Origin: Octopus vulgaris
Lineage: Eukaryota
DNA length: 64,000 nt
Direction of reading: 5' to 3'
Assembly (NCBI GenBank): GCA_951406725.2
Contig: OX597818.1
Location: 26,784,001-26,848,000 of the forward strand
Both the position numbers and the translations under genes were made by a program. Under the pieces are notes generated by a model. The model was not told the DNA's origin and searched no databases. It worked only from the letters and a program-made list of their open reading frames with translations. Below are positions 14,696 through 26,763 of this stretch, piece after piece; the first letter of the stretch is position 1; each line of letters starts with the position of its first letter.

Positions 14696-14713
14696 GAATC
14701 ATTACATGTCCTG
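14696..14713 (+). pseudogene. 5' stub of ACSM exon 4 in the upstream duplicate
   Basis: The preceding intron matches 41890-42030. The acceptor atgtAG|gaacc has become atgtAA|gaatc, and homology ends after 18 nt. Confidence 0.8.
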
Positions 14714-15198
14714 AATACTGTATATAATAAGCTGATTAGATCGACCCAGTACACAACTGGTACTTATTTTATTGACCCTGAAAGGATGAAAGGCAAAGTC
14801 GACCTCAGTAGAATTTGAACTCAGACAGACAAAATACTGCTAAGCATTTTACCCAGTGTGCTAACGTTTCTGCCAGCTTGCCACCTTATTGTCTTGATTA
14901 TATTATGTCTAGGATGGTCAAGATAAAGTTAGGGGTAGACAATAACAACAACAACATTGTATAAAACATGCACAACATTGATCTTCCAAAGCCTTTGGTT
15001 GCAAAGCCTTACCAGATTATCAATTTTACCAGAGTAGGATGGTCACTTTTAAATTGAACAAATATTAAATTTACTCAGAGAGTGGTAAAAAGCTTGCTTC
15101 CTAACCACATGGTTCCAGATTCAGTCATGGCACCTTGGGCAACTGTCTTCTACTGTAGCTTCAGGTCAACCAAAGCCTTGTGAGTGGATTTGTTAGAC

Positions 15199-17438
15199 TA
15201 GTGTCTACTAAACTGTGCCACAAGAGATTCCTGGAGTGCCATGAAAGATATTTTGGGGATTTTCAGGAAACAACGATCCTAGAACATTTGCAAAGTTTGA
15301 GCATAAATATAAATCAATTATATAAATTGTAAAATACAGTAAATACAAATTAATTATGTTACATGGCGATCAGCAGTTTTGCAACAATATGTTACATTTC
15401 TGTATTTAAACTGGGATTGTATGTAAGTAAATTGTTTAGTAGTCCTAGTAGTTTTTAATTTTTTATTTATTTATAATTTATATAAATTATTTTATATTAA
15501 TTTTAATCAACTTTTAGCTCTAGATTTAAACAAGGACAAATTTTTATTAAGACCTCAGAAAAGGAAGGAGGGTCATAGCAAACAAGACAAACACCAGAAT
15601 AAAAAGTCCACCTCATCAAAATGAAAATATAATGAATATTACATCCAATATGGTTTTATACTATCAGAAAAAGACAACAATGAAGCGATGGTTCCCAGTA
15701 AACTTCAATGTCATTTGATAACAAATCATCTGCAACATAAGGACAAACCAATAGAATACTTTGAGATGCTAAAAAATAATCTTAAAATTCAATCAAAAAA
15801 GCTGAGGAAATTTCACTCAATTCCCAAGAAAGTTCAAATCACTAGTTACAAGATTGCCCAGCTTCTGGCAAAGAAGAAAAAAACCACACTCTGATGCCAA
15901 AAACATTATTTTACCAGCCTTGGAGATCATTGTCGGCACAAGGATTGGTGATGAAGCTGTCTAACAAATTAAGACCATTCCTTTGTCTGCCCATACGATT
16001 TCTCGTAAAATTCAAGACATTTCATGAGACATTGATGATCAGCTCTGCAAACTTTTCACTGAAGCAAAAGATGAACTCAAAAACTTGTGGGACTTATAAA
16101 TCGATGAAAGTACAGACATCAGCAACAAAGCTCAACTAATTTCATTTCTGTGAATCATCAGAGGTGGTAAAATCATAAGTCAGTTTTTCTTTTGTTATGA
16201 ATTGAAGATGTCTTTAACCTGGTAAACCAAAATGTTGTATTGAGAGGGATACAGTGGCAAACTTGTATTAGTGTTTGCATGCAGGGTCAAAAAAAAAAAA
16301 AGGCTTTATGGCTCATGTATTACAAAAAATTCAGAAGTTAAACTTGTACAGTGCATAATTCACCACAAAGTTTTGGTATTAAAATCTCTACCTGATAGTC
16401 TCCTAATGATGATGGACAACGTTGTTAAAGTAGTGAATTACATAAAATCGCATTCCCTATGGTGCAGACTTCTTGCATCCCTATGTGAAACTATGGATTC
16501 TGATTTTAAGTGTTTATTGCTTCATACAGAAGTGTGATGGCTCTTGAAAGAAAAAGTGCTCTCTCAATTTATCTCTTTGTGAACTGAAATAATGTTTCTT
16601 CAATGCTGAAAATTTTGGATTTCAATTTATATAACGATAATAATTGGTGGCTGGAAGTAGCATTTCTCAACGATTTTTTTTTTTGAGAAGTTGATCATTT
16701 TAAATTTGAGTCTGCTAGGAGCAAACGAAAATATTATTACAATTACAGGCAAATTAAAGTCTTTCACCAACAAGTTAGAACTGTGGATAAGGAAAGTTAA
16801 AACCTCGCAGCTTGATTATTGCCCAGACATAGAGGCTTTTCCAAACACATTAAAAATTTTGTCAGAAGTGCAGAAGACAGTAGAAAACCTCTCTGTATCA
16901 TTTTCTAAGTATTTTCCATCACTTGATTATCAAATGTACGAGTGGGTCATCAATCCTTTCACAAGATATGTCAGTACATACCTGCCATTAACATTAACAA
17001 AAGAAAATTTAATAGACTTGAAAAACAATCCTGTGCTAGAATTGTCAAAATTTTGGATTTCGTTTTGGAGCCAATATCTTCCATTAGCTACTACAGCTAT
17101 TAAATTTCTGTTGCCCTTTGAATAATGATATCTCTGTGCTTATGAAAATGAATTCAAAAAATCGAGAATGATTACAGATGGTAGATGAGGAGTTACGTAT
17201 TTGTTTACCTAATTTAGAGCAGCATTTTGACAAAATTCTTTCTCAAAATCAGTTGCTTCCTTCTCACTAAAAACATTATTATTGTACTATATTACCTATA
17301 TATATACATATTATATGTTCATAAAACAATGTTATTTTATTGTTACTATAATAAAAATTTATTTATTTTTATTCATAGTGATAAAGAGTATTCAATTTTG
17401 TTAAGATTTTTATTTGGTATGCCACAAAATAAATTCTC
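15199..17438 (+). mobile_element. hAT (Charlie/Buster, ZBED5/ZBED8-like) transposon fossil
   Basis: Frameshifted ORFs carry MVPSKLQCHL, IDESTDISNKAQL, CIIH, LLLHTEV*WL and C-terminal LLPF motifs. The (C/T)AGTG-type 5' end is inserted in a SINE, and the 3' TIR is missing. Confidence 0.85.
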
Positions 17439-17476
17439 TTAGCCAATGGAAGAAGGGAACAGGTCTGGAACTATAT
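17439..17476 (+). pseudogene. 38-nt internal fragment of ACSM exon 10
   Basis: TTAGCCAATGGAAGAAGGGAACAGGTCTGGAACTATAT is identical to 62775-62812. It has no splice sites and abuts the truncated end of the hAT element. Confidence 0.85.
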
Positions 17477-19355
17477 ACAGAAGCTGGCTCTGTCAACTGC
17501 CTCCTTTTCCTCTTTATTACATTTCTCAGCTCTGAGCTCAAAAATGCAAACCTTTTAAATAATGTCGCCATTTTCTTGCCAGCTGGTAATACTCGACAGT
17601 TCATCCCTGTTCTCCGCACTCTTCAATTAATCTCTCATACCCTTCTTCCATTGCTCTGCATTAGCGATATTCTCTTCCCCTAACACTGCTGACTATAAAT
17701 TAAACAGCCAATGCTATTAGCATATCCCAGCATCTTGGTCAACCAATGAAACTTTCAGCTACCCCTTGTAATATGAAGTGAAGTGATATAATTCCAGCCA
17801 AGAATTGAAACCAAATTGTTGAGCTTAACACCATTCAGGAAAATATTGAATATTCCTCTTTCTTTTTTTTTTAACTGTATCATAGTTCTATCTATACTGA
17901 CTACTGAAACTAATATGTAATGGTTAAAACAATATAAATGGTAAATAGCAGATGAATGTATGGTTTAAACATAAGTGTTACTTCCAAGTAATAATAATTG
18001 CTATTTCATGACAACATACTAAATTATCAAATCAATCATAAGGCACGTCTAAGATAATCATTAAAGCTTGGACATCTTGAATTCTGTAAATATTTATGTA
18101 TTAATATAACTCAGAAGTGTTGTTTTGTGTTGGTTGTTTCTATTGCATTAGTTGTGGAGGATTAACAAAACAATTTAATTAGTAAATGGAGAAAAAAAAT
18201 CAATAAGCCAAAGCCAATTAAATGAATTAAATATTGCTTTGTGTATTTGCACACATCAGAATATTTAGCTTCAATTACCATTCTGTAGCAGATAAGGTTC
18301 CAGATAGCGTTGGATCAAAATAGCATTTGATATTAAACTAACAGGTCTTTGCTAAAACAACTGATATTGGTGAAATTAGAATAGCATTCAGAAATATCTC
18401 CTGAGCAATGTCCTATTGTCAGTGTCATGCATGAATCTCTCTGTAGATGTAATGACTTTTACAATATTGAACTCTTTTCTACTTTCTTTCCTGCCGGTAG
18501 AGCAAAGTAGCTCATCGCTGAACTAATTACATTACAATATTTAGATTTATCACTCAAATCCTGTTAGTGTCAACTTTGCCTTTTATACAACTTCCAAAGT
18601 CAATGAAATAATGTACCAGTCAGGTACCGGAGTGGATTTAATCAATAATATTAGAGTTGTTGCGTAACACCCAAAACAGAGCCAACAGATCCACTTCCAT
18701 CATATTCTTAGCAATAAAGCTTGCATAATCACCCCAGGCCCTTCTTTAGAAGTAATAGAACCTCATAAAAAGAGCATTTTTATTTCAACAAAATATGAAA
18801 GCACTTCTCCCTTTCAGCAAAAGTTTGATATTGCATAAAAGTAATTAATTTATTATATACAATAACAGATTGATGGCAAACAAAGGAAATATTTCAACAC
18901 TCCTATCAATGAATATAATATAAAGGCCCTATTATTACTCTATTTCTGTGAAAATAATAAAGAATTTAGTAAAATAACTTTGTTTTTTTAAGCTGATATT
19001 TGGAACCTAAATCAATATGAAATTTTGACATAAAGTTTTAATTTAGATCATTTAAAAAAATTAAGTTTGTATTAAAAAACCAGGGGCAATTTCTGACAGG
19101 TTGGTGTCCAAAAGGCTAAATAAGGAAAATGGCACATAAGATAATGTAGTGCTAGATCTAGATAGCTCTTAAAAGGCAAAATAGTTTTAGCTAGAATGAC
19201 TTTGATCATAAGTCTGTTCAATCAGGGTTGACTTGAAGGTAAAAACAAGTGTAAACATGTACACAAATGTGTGTTTTTCAATAGCAAAGGTTTACCAAGA
19301 GAATTTAGATTTTCATCCAACCCATAAATATCTCTTTCTCTCTCTCTCCCTCCCT

Positions 19356-19407
<52 letters not shown>

Positions 19408-20907
19408 TTCTTTCTTTTAACATTTCTAGGGATAGTAAATTGCCAGAACTGTGAGATAAAACTTCCTGGCAGTATTTATTCTGACACTTTTCTCAGTTCA
19501 AATCACCACTAAAGTCGACTTTGCTGTTGATCTTCCTAAGGTCAATAAATAAAATATTCATCTAAAGTATTGGATTGATGAAAACATTATTGTATTAGAG
19601 GAAATACCTTGTAGTATTTATTCCAGTTCTTTGTGTTCTGAGATCAAATTTTGTTGTAGATTACGTGAATCATCATCATCATCATCATCATCATCGTTTA
19701 GAGTTAATCCATCGCCCAGTTTAACACAACCACCTGGTCTTCAGGAACCCTTAGCAGAGTCCACTCAGTTGCAAATATACAGGCCTCTGGTTTGGGGATA
19801 CCTTCTTTCTCCCTTCAACCAGTCTTGGAGGCTCTGTAAAGCATGCTGGGCACTACTCTTCCTTCCTGACTAAAACCTTAGGAAAAAAGTAGGATTCCTA
19901 AAATATCAGACAAGTGAGTTAATTCTTCATATCCTATTACTGTCTACTTCAGATCTAACAGATGGACTACACTGTTACAAGCAGCAGACGCAATGTATAG
20001 CAAATGAGTGTCTAGATAGTTTTCACTGTTGGATTCAAGTCAATATTATACTTTCAAGACACAATGAACATGCAATTGCAAAGTAGATAACTACATAGGA
20101 TAAGAAAAAGAAAATGTTTATTTACTCTTCCTTTTGAATTTACAAGCGAATTCATGGGTTTACTGTTTACTCATAAATTAATAACCAAGGGAAAACTCAA
20201 ACAGTATAATGATATATTTCAGCATACATTCTCATACATACATACACACAATTTAGTTTGTTTATCAATAACTTCTGCTGGTTTTTATTGTGCAGATAAA
20301 ATTTCACAAAACTTTTGCTGTCAATGTAACAACTAAAATTTGTGTAACCTAATTTTATTAATTTTCATCCCAGTTATTCCCACCACCATAATGATATGTA
20401 TGATCATCCATCAAGGTGATGATGACCATCTGGCCATCCTGATGGCTTTCACAATGGGTTTGTTTAAATTGAGGAACAGTTGTACACCATCAACCTCATC
20501 TGTAACTATTTTCAATCCTGTGGTAAGAGCAGGTCAAGATAATTGTGGGTGGAACTGGATGCAGTAGATGACTAAGATGTCTTGCTTGTTTCATCCTGCT
20601 CCCTACACTCTGCAATGCATTGCTACAGCTGCTTTCCTCTCTGTTGAGCCATGAAGGTTTCTTCAGCAGAGTCTGCCAGATCTAGTCTTCACATACACAG
20701 GTAGGCAGGCCCAAACACACCGAGAGTTGGCTATCAATTGACACAAATAATGGGAATTCAAAGGTTTACTTTCAAAATATGTAGTATAGGCTATACAAAA
20801 GAGAAATTTAATTCTATGAATTTTCAACATTTCAGTAGAATATATATTCTTTTAATTTTCTTATTTTTCTTGTGTAATTATGACAAAGAGACATTTGCTT
20901 CTTTCAG

Positions 20908-20988
20908 ACATTTCTCTGTGGTAATTATCCTTTCCTTGAAAAGAAGATTGGATCAATGGGAAAGGCTTCCCCTGGAATAAACTTACAG
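20908..20988 (+). pseudogene. Intact ACSM exon-11 equivalent belonging to the upstream duplicate
   Basis: ctttcAG|ACA...CAG|GTAACT, 81 nt, phase 0 to 0. Encodes TFLCGNYPFLEKKIGSMGKASPGINLQ, the segment that follows YGQTET in ACSMs (CGN...GSMGK). Confidence 0.85.
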
Positions 20989-21014
20989 GTAACTAGATTA
21001 ATTTTAATGATTAA

Positions 21015-21070
<56 letters not shown>

Positions 21071-21083
21071 ATGTATGTGTATA

Positions 21084-21302
21084 CGAGAGGGTACTGAAAA
21101 GTTCCTGGCTTTGAGTGAAAGAAAATACAGGAGGATCAGTTAATTATGATTTTATTCAACATATTCCCCTCTCAGATTCACACACTTATTGCAGCAGTCC
21201 TTCAGTTTTCCATGAAGCCATGAAAAAGAACTTGGAAGGTTGGACCTCCAACCAAGCCTTTCATGATACTCTTCAAGCCAGAAACTTTCAGCATCCGTCA
21301 TG
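21084..21302. mobile_element. Mariner-type MITE
   Basis: TA|CGAGAGGGTACTGAAAAGTTCCTGGCTT ... AAGCCAGAAACTTTCAGCATCCGTCA imperfect TIRs. Confidence 0.6.
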
Positions 21303-21320
21303 TGTGTGTGTGTGTGTGTT

Positions 21321-22970
21321 ATGTAGTCATTGTTTATGACCAGTCAGGAAGTTACCATTATTGCGCTTAGCAATATAGACAACTCCTCAGACTTACTGAC
21401 TGGAGGTACATAACCTCTTTACTAATGAAGGTAAGTATATAGTCTTGGTCAGCTTTGTGGTGAAAAAACCCTAAAAAGAAATTTTTCAAAGTGAAAATTC
21501 CTTCTGAGAGACACAAAGTTACCTCCCTTTTAATGATCCCAATTGTGTCAATAAGGGTCAGTTTATGAATATTTTCTGTTCACTAGTCAGCAAGCCGGAA
21601 AGCCAACATTTCCAAAACAAATTTTCTGTCATGAAGGCACCAACTAAAAGCTTACTTTTTGAATTTAAGAATACTTGATTTGGATACCTGTTCATATAGG
21701 CCCTACCACAATCCAGGTTGTTGTATATTAACACAATCACCTTCCACCCACTTATTGTGGTGAAGGGTTTTAGTAAGAGTATATCAAACCTGTCCTTGAA
21801 TAAAGACATTTCGGATACTGCGGTCCCTTGTTACAACACAGCTTTGACACCTAGCAGGTTTAGGGACTGTATCTCCTATATACTAAGACCTAACGCCTAT
21901 GAAAGAAAGTGCCACTGTAAGGTCTTTTGATTTGGCTCACCCTTCTCACTCAGTGTTAAAACCTGTGTGGGAAGAAGCTTCCTTAGAGTAGTAGATAAGC
22001 ATTACACGCAATCCTATACATATGGACATTCATTTAATAGACACAACTGTGTGCCCAGTATAAAAAAAGATTTTATTGAATACCCTTAAACCCCATGCAG
22101 TGGCAGGATGCTCATGTTGTGTTAATAGTGAGTGCCCGGTAGATGGTCAATGCAACTCCAAGGCTGTGGTCTATGAGGCAAAGATGATGTCCAGCAGTAG
22201 CTACAACAACGCCAGCACCAACAACATAGGGACACATTAACATCACCATTTAGTGCTTGCTTTCCATGCTGGCATGTGTTAAATGGTTTCTACTGAAGTG
22301 GTAAGCTGGATAGCTGCACCAGATTCCAGTCTGATTTGGCATGGTTTCTACAGCTGGATGCCCTTCCTAACGCCAACCACTCCAAGAGTGTAATGGGTGT
22401 TTTTTACATGCTACTGACACACATTCATGAAAATATGTTGGAGCAATGGAAAGCCCTTTTAAACCGCAACTAAACAAACACAAGTCCTAGAGAGGCACAA
22501 TATTATAGAATTGCCTAAATTATATATAGAATTTAAAAGATGAGAGAATGGTCATACAGGATTAAATGGAAGCTGATAATGCAAACTTTGGCTGAGAGGA
22601 TAAAGATCCTAAAAACTTGCTTGATCCAACAGCCTTCTTAAATTCAAAAAGTGAAGTTTTTAGTTAGTGCCCTTATGATAAAAAATTTGGGTTGGAAATG
22701 TAGATTTTCCTGTTTGCTGACTAGTAAACAGAAAATATATGAACTGACCCTTTTCAAACACAATTTGAACTGTTCAAAGGTGATAGACCTCAGAAGAAGG
22801 TTTTGCTTTGAAAAGATTTTATTTCATTTTTTTTCAACACCAAGCTACCCAAAAGTGTATCCTTACCTTCATTAGTATCAGCATTATGTACCTCCAGCCA
22901 GCATATCTGATGATTCGCCTGTATTCCTAAGTACAATAATAGACATGAAACCAAACCAGCAACTACATAA
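21321..22970 (+). mobile_element. Penelope-like element remnant with an inverted pseudo-LTR
   Basis: + strand fragments: YINTITFHP...ISNLS...YNTAL (RT thumb), CSC....CPVDGQCNSKAVVYEA (linker/GIY-YIG start) and LNSKSE (GIY-YIG end). 21321-21671 is an inverted copy of 22635-22970. A SINE-like insert lies at ~22236-22420. Confidence 0.75.
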
Positions 22971-23033
22971 AATATTCTTGATCAAAACAAATTTTTTTGA
23001 GTAATTCTTTTCCAGGTTTATGAACAACTGAAC

Positions 23034-23101
<68 letters not shown>

Positions 23102-23269
23102 TCTGTTTTTGGAAACCTCTAAATCATAGGACGAATCTAAATCAACCTTTTTACACACACACACACACACACATTGCATACAGTTCTGTGATGGTAAGAT
23201 CAACAAAAAGAAGTACTTCATTTGGTGAGAGATAATAGTATTTTATAGACGTAATTCATGTTTTTATGT

Positions 23270-23540
23270 ACTAGTAATAAATTCTTATGATGAGAACATG
23301 CCAAAATGATGTATACCCTGCATGCACATAAATTCTTTTGCAAAAAATCTGCACAGCCAAAACATTTTGATTCATCGTCCGCCAGTTTTGAAGATAATCA
23401 AAACAAAATTTTCATCATTTCTAGCCATTCACCCAATGAGTATTTCTGCAAAATTTGGTGAAAATCCGTTCTGCCGTTTTCCAGTAATTTTGCAAACACA
23501 CAGACAAGCCATTACCATACCCTGCTTTCGAAGGGTAAAA
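23270..23540 (-). mobile_element. HINE/DINE-1-like element ~320 bp upstream of the ACSM ATG
   Basis: Minus strand TTTTACCCTTCGAAAGCAGGGTAT hairpin, GTCTGTGTGT stretch, CGGATTTTCACCAAATTTT core, and a second GCAGGGTATA subterminal repeat. Confidence 0.6.
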
Positions 23541-23859
23541 ATAAGAATAAATAATAAGAAAAACATCTTCGCTGGCAGCACATAGTGAAACATAGTGAAA
23601 CTGGAAACGTAAACTCGAAAGTCACCCACAACTCTGATATAAGTTGTAAATTTTTTTTTTTATAAAAAATGTTTATAATACACACTAGTGTGTGTGTGTT
23701 TTCATACGTCAGTCACATTTCCAGGGTGACTGACTGACTGTGCCCACTTAGCTTGTTGTTACTTATTCACATGAAAGCGGTTATTTTGATTTTGTATACG
23801 GGAAAGTTATTATAGTTTTAATATACTAAAATAATTAACAAGAAAAAGAAAAAAGAAAA

Positions 23860-24204
23860 ATGTTTCGCAGTAACTTTTTGTTTACGCCATCAAGTATGTG
23901 GAGAAAATTACTTTTAAATTGTATCTCGTATTCAGGTTACAAGAAGTTTTATTTTTCCAATTTAACCACATTTTCATATGGCAACAAACTATATTCAAAC
24001 TATATGCGCCTAAGTTCGAGTTATGTTACAAGTCGTCTAAAACGTAATACATTCCCTAACAGCTGTTGCTATATATCGAACCTCTCAAACTCCCCAACAA
24101 CTATTACTAGTTATGAAGAAGAAAGAAAAACATTTTCCGTTAATGTACCAGATTTCTTTAATTTTACTTCGGATGTTATTCAACATTGGGCAACCTGCCA
24201 AAAG
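23860..24204 (+). CDS. ACSM3-like: ACSM3-like acyl-CoA synthetase, exon 1 (long N-terminal, probable mitochondrial presequence)
   Basis: ATG at 23860. Translation ends YEEERKTFSVNVPDFFNFTSDVIQHWATCQK, resembling the ACSM N-terminal PxxFNFAxDVxxxW motif. Donor AAG|GTAATC at 24205, phase 0. The N-terminus is R/K/S-rich and poor in acidic residues. Confidence 0.88.
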
Positions 24205-24580
24205 GTAATCAATCAATTTATACTTTATTTTTGTTGTTTAGCATTTAATGATTCGGGCGTTCCAGTCGTGACCTTATCGCCTTATTTTCTGGCATAATCT
24301 CTTTATGACTATATTACCAAATGTATTCTTGTGGTTGCTTAAATATAAAAAAAAAGTTCAATACCGAAATATGAAATGAAGCTATAGAATGGCTAAGTTC
24401 AGGGAAGGATATGGTCCTGACGTTTATACCTCGAATGAATTTGAAGTGTGATTCCACGCCGTAAACATTGCTCCATGAGAACCATATATATAATTTCTTT
24501 TTTAATGCGGTAAAATGTGATTTGAAGTAGATTTGGCTGCTATTTCAAATAGATCAAACATTCGCGTCGAGGCCCCTTAA

Positions 24581-24685
24581 CGGCGGAGGTAATGAATACG
24601 TACACCACCCGTTTTCGGCGTAACAAAAACCCTAATACTAATTCTAACCCTAAACACCGGGTGTACGTATTCTTTACTTTCGCCG
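24581..24685. mobile_element. MITE with ~26-bp TIRs and internal AACCCTA repeats
   Basis: CGGCGGAGGTAATGAATACGTACACC / GGTGTACGTATTCTTTACTTTCGCCG, flanked by TTAA / TTTA. Confidence 0.7.
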
Positions 24686-25572
24686 TTTACGTATACATTA
24701 TGTATGCTAATAATGATCCTAAGCCACTGTGGTTGTGTTTACGAAGTCGCTCCATCACCCTCGAATGACACACCATGTTGAAGGCACTAATGTTTACATA
24801 GTGCATGATAAAAAGATTTGGTAGTCTTATTCAATCATAGCTAAACAACACCAGTTTACGGGATATTAAGAAAGGGATAAATCAAACATCACTCGCGAAA
24901 TGTTGCTGTTTTGTTCTTTATTTTAATTTGAAAATAGTTGTAAATTAACAACAATTAAATTGATGTACTCTAGATACTGACACAATTACTTTTTCATTTT
25001 TATTTTAACGAATTAAATTAGAACGTACGTTCATTTGTGTATTTTTCTCCTGGTAACAAGAGCATAGTATTTCTTCAGAAAAAAATTATAGTGCTGAACA
25101 ATAGCAAAACATTCCTTTCGAAAAAGAAACAAACTTATAGTACAAGTAATACAGACGCATTTAAAGTTTGGCCTAGATATAATTTTCGGGTACCGCGCAC
25201 TTCAGCATCTGAAACAAACACTTTAAAATGTAAAGCAGTATTTGATGATACGCAAAAACATGCAGCTTTCTAAATTCTCGTCTTTCTTTAAAGGCGTTCC
25301 AACCATAACCATCCTGTCTTTTAAAAACATTCCAACCGAGACCATCACATCTTTTCAAAATGGTTTAACTGTGACTCTTGTCATTTTCAAATCGTTCCGA
25401 CACTGTCTATCTTGTCTTTTTAAGAGCATTCCAGTTGAGACCATCCAGTTTTTTCAAGAGTATTCCAAACGTGACCATTTCACTCATGTCTGAGTTCAAA
25501 TATCGCTGAGGTCAACTTTGTCAGTCGTCCTTTCAGGGTCAATTAAAGTACCAGTCAAGTACTGGTGTCAAT

Positions 25573-25707
25573 CAGGGCCAGCTCAAGGTAACGGCAACTC
25601 GGGCAGTCAACCGGGACGTCAAGGAGGGTGTGACAAAAACAATAATACTTGTAAGGGTGCCGAAGTTCAGCTTTCAATGGGCGCCAACAATCCTAGGGCC
25701 AGCCCTG
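25573..25707. mobile_element. hAT-type MITE (135 bp) nested in a SINE
   Basis: CAGGGCC...GCCCTG ends, with a perfect 8-bp TSD GTGTCAAT at 25565-25572 and 25708-25715. Confidence 0.85.
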
Positions 25708-26763
25708 GTGTCAATTTAATGACTTATCACCACCCACTAAAAAATTCTCAGCTTTGTACCAAAACTTGAAAAGTTTGTTTTTTCTTCCAGGCCAACCAAA
25801 CCCTTGTGAGTGGGCTTGGTTGACGGAAATGGAAAGTAGCAGCCATATATATATGTAGTGACTTCATTTAGGCATAGAGTAGATTCGAACCTGAATATGC
25901 CAATTTCCCTTGACATTGCAACAGCATTTTTCTCGGATCTTTTCGGTTTGAACGGCAGTTTGTAACATAATTTCTAGGTAACTAAAAAATTTTAAACTTC
26001 GTAAACTGATAGAATGTGTTTATAAAACATCATTTTCTCTTGGCTTTATTGAGAAAATTCTATAGTTTGTAACATATTTCGTCTTTAATTTCTTGCATTT
26101 CGGCAATTTTAACCAATCGCTGACGTCCATTTAGGTAAACAACATTCTGTGCGCATGAATATGTCCCTCCTTTAAGAAACAGATCAGGTTAACTCTTAAC
26201 CTCTTCTAAGCCATCTAAAGTTGAAATTAGATAAAGGCAATCTACATCAAGCTACCTATTGTTCTCAACAATATATCTCTTTCTAGATACTCTGCAAAAT
26301 TATGAATATTAGAATTCTGTAAGGAAAAGTTAGTTGAACAGATACGACCAGAGATGACCACAGGCAGACAGCCAAGGGAGGCTGGTAGCCAAACAATCGG
26401 CTGCTATGATACATACAACTTCCCTCTACTCTCTCTCACTTTCACTAGCTCATTTTTCTCTTCTCACAAACATCACTCTATCACTATTTTTGGCTTACTA
26501 CTACAACTGACAAGAATATCATACACACTTATACAAGGGAAAATTAACTCTCAATTATATTATACACACCTACCCATAGAGGCATGGGTTTACATAAAGT
26601 AACAGTAAATAAAATTTGGAGTCAACATCAACTTCAACCACTGTTCTTCTTTCACATTTGCAACACGTTACATTTTGATAACAACTCAAAACGAATTACT
26701 GCATCTACTGTTACAATTGGTAATCTCCAACTCCAAAATTTATCATTACATATATATATATAT

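Larger units (their letters stand above)
1..20988 (+). pseudogene. Decayed tandem partial duplicate of the ACSM3-like gene (intron 1 to exon 11)
   Basis: Collinear homology blocks: 1-70~25097-25170; 2428-3595~27400-28520; 5560-5650~30240-30345; 5680-8150~31485-33960; 8170-8490~35420-35755; 10570-11360~37220-37940; 14000-14713~41735-42048; 14890-15200~56255-56540; 17439-17476=62775-62812. Exons 2 and 5-9 were not found. Confidence 0.85.

Noticed and set aside
15688-17125. Possible domesticated ZBED5/ZBED8-like gene
   Set aside because: Multiple stops and frameshifts indicate a transposon fossil.
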